Part shown: piece by piece, positions 17,364 through 27,376 of the stretch
Layout of the letters: the number at the start of each line of letters is the position of its first letter
How positions within the stretch are numbered: position 1 is the stretch's first letter
Origin: a virus
DNA: 64,000 bases
IMG/VR virus record: IMGVR_UViG_3300027899_000008
Strand: one strand, 5' to 3'
Position numbers and translations under genes: made by a program
Notes under the pieces: generated by a model
Told to the model about the DNA's origin: nothing
The model's input: the letters and a program-made list of their open reading frames with translations, nothing else
The model's database searches: none

Positions 17364-18152
17364 ATGAAAACATTTAAACAATACATTAACGAAGGTCGTC
17401 TTAGCGTAGCAGCAGCAGCACTTGGTATTGCTGGAGCAGCAATGGCAGCACCACCAAAACCAGAAGCAATTGAACATATGGTTCAATTTATAAAACAAAA
17501 AGAAGGGTTTAGACCAGTAGCAGAACCAGATAAGATCGCTACTGGAAATCCGCCAGTTGTCGGATATGGCACAACACACACCTATCCAGATACTGGTAAG
17601 GCCATTAAAATTGGAGAAACTATTACACCAGAAAAAGCAGAAGAACATGTTAGAACATATCTTGCGAATATGACTCCACATCTTGAAAAGATACCAGGTT
17701 GGGATGAAATGCCCGTTGGAAAACAATCAGCACTTATGAGTTTTGGTCATAACTTTGGATCAGGATTCTATAAACCAAATGCGAAACCAAATGAAGATTT
17801 CTATTCGATAAGTCAAGATTTAAAAAACAAAAACTGGGAAAATGTTCCAGCTACTCTAAAACTTTATAATAAGAGTGATGGAAAAGTTCAAGGTGGTCTT
17901 GTAAAGAGAAGAGCATCGGAAGGACAGATGTGGAGTGGATCCGATTCAGAATCAAAACCTAAAACATCATCACAAGACGATGTTAAAACAACTGCTACAA
18001 CAGCAATTGATACTCATCAAGTTGTACGGGGTGATACTCTTGGAGCAATTGCCAAGAAGTATGGAAAAAGTGTACAAGATATTCAGAATCTAAATCCAAA
18101 CATCACCAATCCAAATGTAATCAAACCAGGACAAAAGATAAAGACTAAATAA
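17364..18152 (+). CDS. GH24 lysozyme with C-terminal LysM and N-terminal capsid-targeting sequence
   Basis: IKQKEGF...D...VGYGTT, SALMSFGHNFG, GLVKRRASE; LysM HQVVRGDTLGAIAKKYG...NPNVIKPGQKIK. Confidence 0.9.
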   Translation: MKTFKQYINEGRLSVAAAALGIAGAAMAAPPKPEAIEHMVQFIKQKEGFRPVAEPDKIATGNPPVVGYGTTHTYPDTGKAIKIGETITPEKAEEHVRTYLANMTPHLEKIPGWDEMPVGKQSALMSFGHNFGSGFYKPNAKPNEDFYSISQDLKNKNWENVPATLKLYNKSDGKVQGGLVKRRASEGQMWSGSDSESKPKTSSQDDVKTTATTAIDTHQVVRGDTLGAIAKKYGKSVQDIQNLNPNITNPNVIKPGQKIKTK

Positions 18153-18156
18153 TAAT

Positions 18157-18732
18157 ATGTACAATGATGTCTTTAAATCTTTAAATGAATCGGTAAAGAA
18201 GAGAAATACACCAGATTCACATGTGCTTTCATCTCCAAAGGATGTAAATGTTATTCATCGTGGATATATTCGTAATTCAGCATATCCGATTAAATATGAT
18301 TTCATTCCAAAGGAAAAGGGTAAATCGAAGAACGAAGGAACCCATGTGTATAGATTCTCGAATAAATCAAATATTGGAATAATTGAAATAGAGCATAAAT
18401 TAAACACATCACAGGATTCTGGACACGAGACGACATCCACGATTTCATCCGAATTGGGTGAACTCGAAAGAGACATTAATTTAGAGAGAACTATGGTTCC
18501 TGCTGTGGTTCATCATATAAAATCCCACGATCCAGACATCATACGATTGAAAAAAGGATATCCATACACCAAGGATTTACTTGAAAGAATAGACTCAGAA
18601 GGTAATATCTACGACCAAACGAAGACTGATTTTGGTACAATCTTGAAAAAGAAAACACCAATACCTGACAAGGCAAAACGAATAATCTCGCATATCAAAA
18701 GTAAACTAAGACTAAATAATAATAAGAAATAA
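18157..18732 (+). CDS. Hypothetical late protein
   Basis: ORF track; N-terminal FKSLNE. Confidence 0.6.
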   Translation: MYNDVFKSLNESVKKRNTPDSHVLSSPKDVNVIHRGYIRNSAYPIKYDFIPKEKGKSKNEGTHVYRFSNKSNIGIIEIEHKLNTSQDSGHETTSTISSELGELERDINLERTMVPAVVHHIKSHDPDIIRLKKGYPYTKDLLERIDSEGNIYDQTKTDFGTILKKKTPIPDKAKRIISHIKSKLRLNNNKK

Positions 18733-18745
18733 CAAGGAGAAATAC

Positions 18746-19048
18746 ATGCCATACCTACCATCATCCGCAAACTCATCAAGAACCGCCTTTGACTCAATTC
18801 GCGAAGCAAAGCAAAAGACAGAGCGAGCGCAAAACGAAAGACGCAATAATGCTCCCATTGCTCCAAAATTCACTCAAAAGAATGTAAATGAATCAAGACA
18901 ATCAACTCTTCAACAAAGAGCACAGAGAGCGCAGAATCCAATTATACCAGTCAAATCAACACAACAAATCGGTGCTGAGAGAAACAGAGCAGCTGCTGAG
19001 AGTCGTGCGCAAGTTCGTTCACGAATCGATCAATCAAGAAACGGATAA
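18746..19048 (+). CDS. Basic, low-complexity protein
   Basis: SD AAGGAG; R/Q-rich. Confidence 0.6.
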   Translation: MPYLPSSANSSRTAFDSIREAKQKTERAQNERRNNAPIAPKFTQKNVNESRQSTLQQRAQRAQNPIIPVKSTQQIGAERNRAAAESRAQVRSRIDQSRNG

Positions 19049-19051
19049 TTT

Positions 19052-19351
19052 ATGCCAAACTATGGTTTTATTTGTAATGGGTGTAAACACGCTTTTGATA
19101 GACTGCTTCAGATAAAGGACAGAGAATTACCTTTATCTGAAGCATGTCCACAATGTAATAAAAAGAAAATACTTAAAGATTATGGTTCTTATACACAAGT
19201 ATTAACATCTGATACCAAACTCACACCAGATAAAGCAACTGGTGGAAAATGGAGTGAACTGATGAATAGAATGAAGCGTGGTGTTGGAAAACAACATCAT
19301 CAGAATTTAGACTCTGCTACGGCAAGAACAGGAAGACAATGGCTAGGTTAA
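19052..19351 (+). CDS. FmdB-family zinc-ribbon protein
   Basis: MPNYGFICNGC...CPQC. Confidence 0.8.
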   Translation: MPNYGFICNGCKHAFDRLLQIKDRELPLSEACPQCNKKKILKDYGSYTQVLTSDTKLTPDKATGGKWSELMNRMKRGVGKQHHQNLDSATARTGRQWLG

Positions 19352-19716
19352 CATTTAAACAATACTTAAACGAAGACGAATTATTGACAAGACCATTGCG
19401 TATGGTTAAACTTAAAAAGGATCCAACTGATCCAACTGGTAAAAGGCTTATCAAGGATGTAGAAGCAGAAAAAGAAGATATCGGAAATTATCCCGATAAT
19501 GTTGATCAATTGACTCCTGTAGCAAACAAAGTAGAACCGACCAGATTTGACCAAAGCGAACTTGCCAAACCAGTTATATCTGGTGGATTTGGTAAGACAA
19601 GAACAACAGAAATGGCAAAACGCAAAGTAACAAATTCTGATTTTGGACCATCGCAGTTTTATAAAATCGATGCGTCACTTAAAACGCCAGATAAAACATT
19701 TAGAGAAGAAAGATAA
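19339..19716 (+). CDS. Putative internal head protein
   Basis: LTFKQYLNE capsid-targeting-like motif. Confidence 0.6.
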   Translation: MARLTFKQYLNEDELLTRPLRMVKLKKDPTDPTGKRLIKDVEAEKEDIGNYPDNVDQLTPVANKVEPTRFDQSELAKPVISGGFGKTRTTEMAKRKVTNSDFGPSQFYKIDASLKTPDKTFREER

Positions 19717-19718
19717 AA

Positions 19719-21713
19719 ATGAATAAAAGAGAATACCTAGCAAATCTTCAAAGTCTATCCAATAAGAATAAACTCAATGAGTTTTCTCTTGCTGATGCTA
19801 TGGGTCTAATTGGTATAGGTAATTCTCCTACAGATCCCAGTGACAAAATTAATAAAAGAAAGAAAGAATTAGAAGCAAAAGGTGCTCCAACATCATTTGA
19901 AGCACCTACACCAAATACTGAACCAACAACATCAGTCAACACTTCAAAGACTGCCAGTGATGGTGGTGTTATCAATGTAGCTGGTGCTAAAGGAGATGGA
20001 GAATCAAATCAAAAAGCATTAAAAGCTGGTCTAGATAATATCAACAGACAGCGTCAAGCTGGTGAGATATCCGCAAAAGACGCAGCTGATTACAGGGCTC
20101 AATTATCAGATAGAGCAGGAGCAGCAATTGGAGAAGTAGAACAACAAGAAAAAGAATCAGCAGTAGAAAAAGGACTCGACCGAGTAGCAGATGTTGCTGA
20201 ATTCATTCCTGGTGCGGGACAGGGAGTTGCTGCGCTTCATGCTTTATCATACGGAGCAAGAGGAGCAATGTATGGTGATGAGGATGGAAAATATGCTAAA
20301 GGTGCTGTTCAAAGTGGAATAAATGCTGTTCTACCCTCTGTGCTTGGCGCAGCAGGAAAAGTTGCTACCAAGGGACTTGGTCTTGCGGCCGCTGGTGCTG
20401 GAAAAGTAGCACCAACAGCAGTAGGAAAAGTAGCACAAGCAGCAACAGCAGTAGGAGAAAAATTAGCTGGTGCGGGAACATCAGTTGGTGGAGCAGTAGC
20501 AGGAGCAGCAGAAAAGGTAATTGGAACAAACGCAACAGCATTGGGAGCAGCTGCATTAAAAGCACCAGGTAATGCTGTTGGAAGTATGGCGGGTGCGTAT
20601 GGTGGGTATGAGGCAGCAAAAGAAGCAGATTTGGGGTTGGTAGGAACAGCAGCGGCTGTTATTGGTGGAGGAATTGTCGGTGGTAAGGCAGCAAATCTTG
20701 GAAATCAAGTCCCAGGACTTGGAAGAGTTATTCCTGATATTGAAGGATCAGTTGCTAGAAATCTAGGAAGAGTTGTAGGTGGAGCAGCAAGAGGAGTAAA
20801 TGATGCTGCTGGAAAAATACCTATGCCTTCCATGCCATCAATGCCCTCACTACCAGCGGGTGTTAGGAACAAGATAGGAGCGGTCGCTGTGGCTGCTTCT
20901 CAACTACTACCAGCTGGAGGTGCGCAAGCCGCATCTCGTATCGCAGTGCCACAAGCAGGAACAGCAATCTCAGCAGTAGAAAGAGGAGTCGTAAATGCGG
21001 AGAGAGTATCGGTAGCAGAGAGATTACCTGAGAGAGTGCCAGAGAGAGCGCCAGAGACTGCTCCGAGAGCAACAGAGAAAGTACCAGAGAGAGCGCCAGA
21101 GAATGCTCCAACATCATCAGAGAGAGCACCAGAGAGAGCATCTGCGTCTTCAGACATACAAGCAAAAGTAGAAGCAAATGCGAAACAAACACTAACAAAC
21201 AATTCAAAAGCAGCAGAAACAAATCCTGCTATTGATACAGCGCCTGCTCCTGCTAAAGCACCTGCTACTGATAAAGTTCCTGCTGCTGATAAAGCACCTG
21301 TTGCTGATAAAGCTCCTGCTGCTGATGAAGCTCCTGCTAGAAATCCTGTTGCCGATACAGAACCTGTTAGAGAACCTGTTAGAGAGACGAAACCTAGTAA
21401 ATCAACAAAGACCACAACAGAAAAAACTCCAGTTGCTACTCCATCCTCTGAGTTGTCCAGTGAACCAGTTGTAGGAGCTGATGATCCCTTTGCTGGAAAA
21501 CAATATGGATATGACAGAACAAACTTTAACAAAGTCACGGGTATAGTAGGAGACTCAACTCGTCGTAGCATAAACTCGACACCTCCATCACCACCAACAA
21601 GAAAACTTATTCCAAGACCTCAACTCGAAAACTTTAATATGAAGAAAACAATTAAAGATAAAATCAAAGCAAAATTAAATAATGCTAAAAATATTGGCAG
21701 AGATGGTTATTGA
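19719..21713 (+). CDS. Large Ala/Gly-rich protein with Pro-rich repeats; putative internal/ejection protein
   Basis: KLNE site; DVAEFIPGAGQG segment; glycine-zipper-like helices; PERAPE and APAADK repeats. Confidence 0.6.
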   Translation: MNKREYLANLQSLSNKNKLNEFSLADAMGLIGIGNSPTDPSDKINKRKKELEAKGAPTSFEAPTPNTEPTTSVNTSKTASDGGVINVAGAKGDGESNQKALKAGLDNINRQRQAGEISAKDAADYRAQLSDRAGAAIGEVEQQEKESAVEKGLDRVADVAEFIPGAGQGVAALHALSYGARGAMYGDEDGKYAKGAVQSGINAVLPSVLGAAGKVATKGLGLAAAGAGKVAPTAVGKVAQAATAVGEKLAGAGTSVGGAVAGAAEKVIGTNATALGAAALKAPGNAVGSMAGAYGGYEAAKEADLGLVGTAAAVIGGGIVGGKAANLGNQVPGLGRVIPDIEGSVARNLGRVVGGAARGVNDAAGKIPMPSMPSMPSLPAGVRNKIGAVAVAASQLLPAGGAQAASRIAVPQAGTAISAVERGVVNAERVSVAERLPERVPERAPETAPRATEKVPERAPENAPTSSERAPERASASSDIQAKVEANAKQTLTNNSKAAETNPAIDTAPAPAKAPATDKVPAADKAPVADKAPAADEAPARNPVADTEPVREPVRETKPSKSTKTTTEKTPVATPSSELSSEPVVGADDPFAGKQYGYDRTNFNKVTGIVGDSTRRSINSTPPSPPTRKLIPRPQLENFNMKKTIKDKIKAKLNNAKNIGRDGY

Positions 21714-21738
21714 CATTCAATGATGAATATGGTATAAT
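21710..21738 (+). promoter_or_regulatory. Sigma70-type early promoter
   Basis: TTGACA-N17-TATAAT-N6-GTG(21745). Confidence 0.85.
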
Positions 21739-21744
21739 ATGGTT

Positions 21745-22425
21745 GTGATTGGAAACTTTACCCATAATCTTTTAACTGAACTTCGTGATCCATCTATTAA
21801 ATTTGAAGTTATAGAAAAGAACGGAGTCCGTCTGTATAAAACACCAGACGGACTCTTTCCTTCTGTAACTAGCGTGGTTGGATACGAAAAGCAAAAGTTT
21901 TTCAAAGATTGGAGAAATAAGAATGCCAAGGAGTCACAACGAGTTTGTGATCGTGGCACTCGTCTCCATTCTACCATCGAATCCTATTTGATGAATGAGC
22001 ATATAGATGTAGGCAATGACCCTACGACATTTGATTTATTCAATCTAATCAAAAAGGAAGTAGATAAAATCACAGATGTTTATGCCATTGAATCCTTTCT
22101 TTGGGGTAAAGCGGTAGGACTCGCAGGAAGAGTGGATTGTATTGCCAAATACAAGGGACAACCATCTGTAATAGACTTCAAAGCAAGCACACGACCAAAG
22201 AAGAAGGAAGATATCGCTAATTACTTTTGTCAAGCAACTGCCTATGCCTTAATGCTTCAAGAAAGAACGGGATTACAAATTCCAAACATCGTGATTCTAA
22301 TTGTAAATGAACAAGGATTTGTGCAGGTATTCAATGAAAAGGTAATAAACTTCGTCGAACCTCTCAAGAATTCAATTGATACATATCGTAGAGAGGTGAA
22401 TATTAATGAACTTATACAAGAATGA
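21745..22425 (+). CDS. PD-(D/E)XK exonuclease (T4-like phage type)
   Basis: PSVTSV, RGTRLH, AGRVDC, IDFKAS, YFCQATAYA. Confidence 0.88.
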   Translation: MIGNFTHNLLTELRDPSIKFEVIEKNGVRLYKTPDGLFPSVTSVVGYEKQKFFKDWRNKNAKESQRVCDRGTRLHSTIESYLMNEHIDVGNDPTTFDLFNLIKKEVDKITDVYAIESFLWGKAVGLAGRVDCIAKYKGQPSVIDFKASTRPKKKEDIANYFCQATAYALMLQERTGLQIPNIVILIVNEQGFVQVFNEKVINFVEPLKNSIDTYRREVNINELIQE

Positions 22426-22804
22426 TGTAAATAGAAAAGGGTCAGCCTCATGGTTACTCTGTAACGACAACTCAAGATCTTCGTGGTTTAGAGAACAGGT
22501 TATTCAAAAGTTTGGTGGAATATTTAATAAGAATGGAAGATATTGGGAATGGGTGGAAAATATTCCTCATACTTCCTCAATAGTAATAACCACAGAACCA
22601 CCAGTACCAGCACTAGAAGACTCAAAGAAAACATGGACATTTGGTGATGAACAGAATAAATATTACACCACTGAAAATCTAACAGAATTCGCAAAAGAAT
22701 ACAAATTATCAAGACAAAAACTATATGACATGATGAAGGGAGAACGAAAATCCCATAAAGGATTTAAGTTCGTATCCAAGTCCGATCCCGAAAACCTCGC
22801 ATAG
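22406..22804 (+). CDS. NUMOD1-like DNA-binding protein
   Basis: NLTEFAKEYKLSRQKLYDMMKGERKSHKGFK. Confidence 0.6.
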   Translation: MNLYKNDVNRKGSASWLLCNDNSRSSWFREQVIQKFGGIFNKNGRYWEWVENIPHTSSIVITTEPPVPALEDSKKTWTFGDEQNKYYTTENLTEFAKEYKLSRQKLYDMMKGERKSHKGFKFVSKSDPENLA

Positions 22805-22825
22805 CGAGGTTTTTTATTATAAATA
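22791..22825 (+). terminator. Terminator followed directly by a late promoter
   Basis: AAAACCTCGC-ATA-GCGAGGTTTTTT; TATAAATA at 22818-22825. Confidence 0.75.
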
Positions 22826-22831
22826 TCCTAT

Positions 22832-25800
22832 ATGCCACATGAAACAAATGATATAGCCATAACATTCGGTAAGATGAATCCCCCAACTCTTGCGCATCAT
22901 GCTCTTGGGATGGCAGTGATGGATTACGCAAACAAGCGTGGCATGAGTCATACTATATTTGCGAGTAAACGACATCTTAAACCAACTAAAAGTGTAATTG
23001 CCTACGAAGGAACTCCTCTTAGTCCAGAGAAGAAATTAAAACACCTTCAAAGATATTTTGGTGAAGACGCAAATGTTCAACTTCATGTATCTCCATTTCA
23101 TGCAATTGATGAATTGCTAGAAAAAGGTCATCATAAAGTTCATGTAATGTTAGGTTCTGACAGAATAGATGATACTGGTACTGGACTTAAAGAAAAATAT
23201 GGAGATAGAGTAGAAATAGTTCCTTTCGGTGAAAAGCGTGAAAAAGGCGGAACAGGAATCAAAGCAGTTTCTAGCACCATCATGAGGGAACATGCTCGCA
23301 ACAACAACTTTGCCAAATTCAAGGAATTGGTTCCTCCCCATGTTCCAGAAGAACACGCAAGAGAATTATTCGACGATGTCCGTAAAGGACTTAAATTAGC
23401 AAAAATTAAACTCGACGAAGAAGTCAGCGCACAGACTAGAATGAAACTTTCTCGTATCGCCAAGAGAACCTCTAATAGAAGAGCAATGCTTCGCAAGGCT
23501 CGACGACGAAGGAAGAAGGGTCTTAAGGTGATGAAGAATAGAGCTAAACAAGATGTAAAGAATCAGTTTAGACATCGTTACTTTAAGGGTAAATGGTCTA
23601 AACTTGGATTCTCCAGTAGAGTAAACATTGACAGGAATGTCAATAAGAGAAAAAAGGTTGCTGACTCAATGATTCGTCGAATTCTTCCTGATGTCATCAA
23701 GGGAGAGAACCAAAGATTAAGAAATCTAACACGAAGAGAATCATATGATATAGATGATACAGATATCATTATGGAAGCAGCAAAGAGCATAGATGTTCGT
23801 AATGGTGCTACTCGCAGAAAACAAAAACAAAGAACGAAGGAATCACAGGAATCCTCTCAGGGAAATGTTGTTGGAAAATATGCTGTAGTCACTTCAAATA
23901 GTGGTAAGTATGCTGGTAGAAAAATGGTTGTGAATAAGAATTCATTCAATCCACAAACCATGGATGTTGTTGTATCACCAGATAAATTTGATTTTGCTGA
24001 TGGTCAACGAATATTGGATGACAAAGAATTCATTCAAACTGATTCGTCAATAGAGTTATATGGACCAGTCAAGGGAGAAGAATCAGCATCCTTAAGACGA
24101 GCAAAAGGAAATTCCAAAGCAGCAGAATCAGCAGGATTCAAGGATGTAAAGAAGGAAAAGAGTAGACAAGAAAAGGCAAGAGAATCAATAATGCCAAAGG
24201 AACCTGGTGAATGGGATTTCGTTCCAGGACAAATACAAGCAAAGAAGAAACAAGGAAAGAATAGCATAGATTTCACTTCACACTCAGCACAGGATGTTGA
24301 GATGGGAATGGCAGTAATTGGAAATATAAATTCTGGAATTTCTCCCGAAGAACAAGTAAAAAGGGGTCTTGTAAGTGAAGGAGACATGATGAAGGTGTTG
24401 AGAAATCCACACGCATCTTATCTTCCATCCATTCAGAAGATGGGTAAGAAATTAACTGAGCGATATGGTGCTGGAGTTACCTTCAAGGCAGTTGGAAGAA
24501 CCATGGAAGGAGTTGCTCTCAGTAAAGATGCTAAAAAATATGGCATCGTTGATAAGACACCAAAGACAGATATTATGGTAATGGATTCCAAGAGTGGAAA
24601 GGTCGTCGATCTTCTATCTGTGAAATGCGGTGAATCGCAAGCATCATCTGGAAACTGGCAGGATAATTACGCTGGTCTGATGTGGTCTGTCGATAAAGCA
24701 AAAGAAATGGGAATCAAAGTAACAAAGGGCGAGCAAAAAGCATTAGAGGAGTTTGCTGAATTCCTTTCCAGCAAGGAGTTCATAGGATCGCTTACTACAC
24801 AAGGAGGACCATCTGGACTCTATACGAGCACAGGTCCACTTGCGGGTAAGGATCCGCAGATATTAGCAAAACAAAAAGCAGCGCAAAAGGCAACTGGCAT
24901 AGCACAGGAATTTGGTAAAAAAGGTGGAAGTCTTGCTGCTCTGTATGCCTGGACGATGATGGGTGGATATCATAAGTTTGAAGAAGGAAGTAAGGCGATA
25001 CCAAATAAGATTCTTGCGGTAAGTCATGATGGATCGCAGATGAAGATATCGGATCTCAATTATAAACTGGCAGAGAAACTAGCACCAACACTAAAGACAG
25101 CTGCTAGATTCAAGGGTGGTGCAGCGGCATCAGTTCAAATTCAGGAAGAGCATGACAAGGCAAAGGAACAGGCAAAGAAGGAAGGTAGAACACTTTCTGA
25201 TCTTGAAGACAAGCGTCCATATAGAATCCGAATTGCTGTTAGAACAATCATTCCAGAACCAAACTTCAAGGATATAGTTGAAAATATCATACCTTTAACT
25301 CATATGAGTGGAATGGCAATGTTTAATCTTTTGGTTGAACAAGAGAATGAGAAAAAGGATCCAACAATACAAGAAAATCCAGAAAAGATAACTCAAGCGT
25401 TAGAGGAATTAAAGCAACTTGCTGAGCAGGATCCATTGGAATTGTATAAAATATTGGCAATCTTCTTTGACAATCAAGATTTATCCCCAAATATCAATTG
25501 GGTAGATTTACTTCCAAACGAAGGTAGCAGAATAAATCAGGTATTCATTAATGGCAGAGAACACAGGGTAGTGGTTCAGGAACCCTTCAACTATCCAACT
25601 CCAGAGGATGAAGTAAGTCCTCTAGGAGAAGAATATCTTGAGGAGAGAAACTATCGTAAGGAATATGATAATTATCACTCTAGTCCAGAACAAAGAAAAA
25701 ATAGAGGCAAGAGAGTAGCAGCAAGAAGATTAATGATAAAATTAGGAAGAGCGCGTAAAGGTGATGGTAAAGATGTAGACCACAAAGATAGCAACCCAAA

Positions 25801-25864
25801 AAATAATTCAGAATCTAATCTTCGAGTAAGAAACAAATCAGCAAATAGAGCAGACAATGATTAA
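22832..25864 (+). CDS. Multidomain protein: cytidylyltransferase-like (HIGH superfamily) + basic region + PD-(D/E)XK-like + C-terminal HNH
   Basis: TFGKMNPPTLAH, GSDR, SSTIMR; KTPKTDI...SVK; DVDHKDSNPKNN...NLR...SANR. Confidence 0.8.
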   Translation: MPHETNDIAITFGKMNPPTLAHHALGMAVMDYANKRGMSHTIFASKRHLKPTKSVIAYEGTPLSPEKKLKHLQRYFGEDANVQLHVSPFHAIDELLEKGHHKVHVMLGSDRIDDTGTGLKEKYGDRVEIVPFGEKREKGGTGIKAVSSTIMREHARNNNFAKFKELVPPHVPEEHARELFDDVRKGLKLAKIKLDEEVSAQTRMKLSRIAKRTSNRRAMLRKARRRRKKGLKVMKNRAKQDVKNQFRHRYFKGKWSKLGFSSRVNIDRNVNKRKKVADSMIRRILPDVIKGENQRLRNLTRRESYDIDDTDIIMEAAKSIDVRNGATRRKQKQRTKESQESSQGNVVGKYAVVTSNSGKYAGRKMVVNKNSFNPQTMDVVVSPDKFDFADGQRILDDKEFIQTDSSIELYGPVKGEESASLRRAKGNSKAAESAGFKDVKKEKSRQEKARESIMPKEPGEWDFVPGQIQAKKKQGKNSIDFTSHSAQDVEMGMAVIGNINSGISPEEQVKRGLVSEGDMMKVLRNPHASYLPSIQKMGKKLTERYGAGVTFKAVGRTMEGVALSKDAKKYGIVDKTPKTDIMVMDSKSGKVVDLLSVKCGESQASSGNWQDNYAGLMWSVDKAKEMGIKVTKGEQKALEEFAEFLSSKEFIGSLTTQGGPSGLYTSTGPLAGKDPQILAKQKAAQKATGIAQEFGKKGGSLAALYAWTMMGGYHKFEEGSKAIPNKILAVSHDGSQMKISDLNYKLAEKLAPTLKTAARFKGGAAASVQIQEEHDKAKEQAKKEGRTLSDLEDKRPYRIRIAVRTIIPEPNFKDIVENIIPLTHMSGMAMFNLLVEQENEKKDPTIQENPEKITQALEELKQLAEQDPLELYKILAIFFDNQDLSPNINWVDLLPNEGSRINQVFINGREHRVVVQEPFNYPTPEDEVSPLGEEYLEERNYRKEYDNYHSSPEQRKNRGKRVAARRLMIKLGRARKGDGKDVDHKDSNPKNNSESNLRVRNKSANRADND

Positions 25865-27359
25865 CATTAACGAAGATCAAATTCTCACAGAATCAAAGAA
25901 ACCATACAAAGGTTTCGTAAAGGGTAAGAACCATCCAGAAGGTGGTCTTTCCCGTAAGGAAGCACATCGTCAAGGTATTCATGCTGGCATTGAAACCAAG
26001 GATGAAGCCAAGCGCAAGGGTGGGTTTGGTAAACTCTCTGGCAAGACTCAAGCCAGAAGAAAATCATTCTGCGCTCGTATGTGCGGAATGAAGAGACGAA
26101 ATACCAGTTCAAAGACGGCGAATGATCCAAAGAGTAAGATAAATGCAGCACTCCGTGTATGGGGATGCAGATGCGGAACAAACGAATCATATGAAACGGA
26201 AACAACAATGTTAAATGAAAGACGATCTGTAAGAGAACTCATAGAAGGAAAAATCAAAAATTTCCTAATTTCTGAGATGGCACAAACTGCCGAACGCAAG
26301 GCAGAGATGAAGGCAAAGATAGCCACTACTTCAGAAAAGGAAAAAAGAGCAGGTGACCGAGCAGCAAAAGCCGATGATCGCAAGGAAATAGGTCCACACA
26401 CGATGGACTATGGTAGCAATAGGTATCAAAAGATAGCGGCAAGACATAGAGCGGCACAAGATGACAGAGTAAAGGTGATCGTTCAAGACACTAAAGAAAA
26501 GAACGATGAAACCAAACTCTACGGCAAGGGTGGTAAGGTCGCAGCGGTGCGTAAGTGGAGTCCCGTAAAGAAAGCCAAAAAGCCTGTTAAAGAAGAGATC
26601 GAGTTGGATGAAGACACAGTTATGGATCTCATCGAAAAAAGAAAGTCTCACGATCAACGAGATGCAAGTCTGATGCTTCGTCAAGGAGCATCATATAAAG
26701 AAGTAAAAGACACCATCGGTAGAAAGAGAACACCTGAAGGCAAATCTGGAAACGATTTGCTCCGTAAAGCATCCCGAGATGCTGAAATTCCTACGATAAT
26801 GCACGGGCGTAGTAGCGATGACACCGATGAACCATTGCCGCCTAGAATACAAAAACACAATGCAAGCAGAGGTGTTCCTACAACTTTAGCAAGAAAAGCA
26901 GCACAAGCCAACAAGCCTGTTAAAGAAGAATTCATCACTATGATTCTCGAAAAGAAGAAAATGGGAGATCCTTGTTGGGTGGGGTATCACGCAGTCGGAA
27001 TGAAAAAGAAAAATGGAAAAAGCGTACCAAATTGCGTACCAGTGAAGGAATCATCAATGAACGAAATTCAACTAAGAGTAAAAGAAAAGTTTATGGCAGA
27101 AGGTTGTGGATGTGGTGGTAAAGATAAACCCAAGCCTAAACCAAAACCCACAATCAAAACACCAAAGAATCAAATAACAGAAGAAGTGGTCAATAAAAAG
27201 AATCAACCGATGACCAAAAAAGAAATAAAGAAAAGAGATAAGATTAAAAAGGGTTTAGGAGATGTTGCCATTGTCAAAAAAGGTGATACAAAAGAAAATG
27301 CTAAATATAGATTGGCAACATACATCACTCTTCTGAAGAAGAAAAAGAAGAAGGGTTAA
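25857..27359 (+). CDS. Basic modular virion-type protein (RRKSFCARM and CWxGY...PNCV modules)
   Basis: RRKSFCARMCGMK...ALRVWGC; PCWVGY...VPNCVP; KPVKEE x2. Confidence 0.7.
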   Translation: MININEDQILTESKKPYKGFVKGKNHPEGGLSRKEAHRQGIHAGIETKDEAKRKGGFGKLSGKTQARRKSFCARMCGMKRRNTSSKTANDPKSKINAALRVWGCRCGTNESYETETTMLNERRSVRELIEGKIKNFLISEMAQTAERKAEMKAKIATTSEKEKRAGDRAAKADDRKEIGPHTMDYGSNRYQKIAARHRAAQDDRVKVIVQDTKEKNDETKLYGKGGKVAAVRKWSPVKKAKKPVKEEIELDEDTVMDLIEKRKSHDQRDASLMLRQGASYKEVKDTIGRKRTPEGKSGNDLLRKASRDAEIPTIMHGRSSDDTDEPLPPRIQKHNASRGVPTTLARKAAQANKPVKEEFITMILEKKKMGDPCWVGYHAVGMKKKNGKSVPNCVPVKESSMNEIQLRVKEKFMAEGCGCGGKDKPKPKPKPTIKTPKNQITEEVVNKKNQPMTKKEIKKRDKIKKGLGDVAIVKKGDTKENAKYRLATYITLLKKKKKKG

Positions 27360-27376
27360 TACAAAAGGAAACCTCA

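Noticed and set aside
21745-22425. Cas4 as part of a CRISPR system
   Set aside because: No Fe-S cysteine cluster, array or cas1; matches the ordinary T4-like exonuclease
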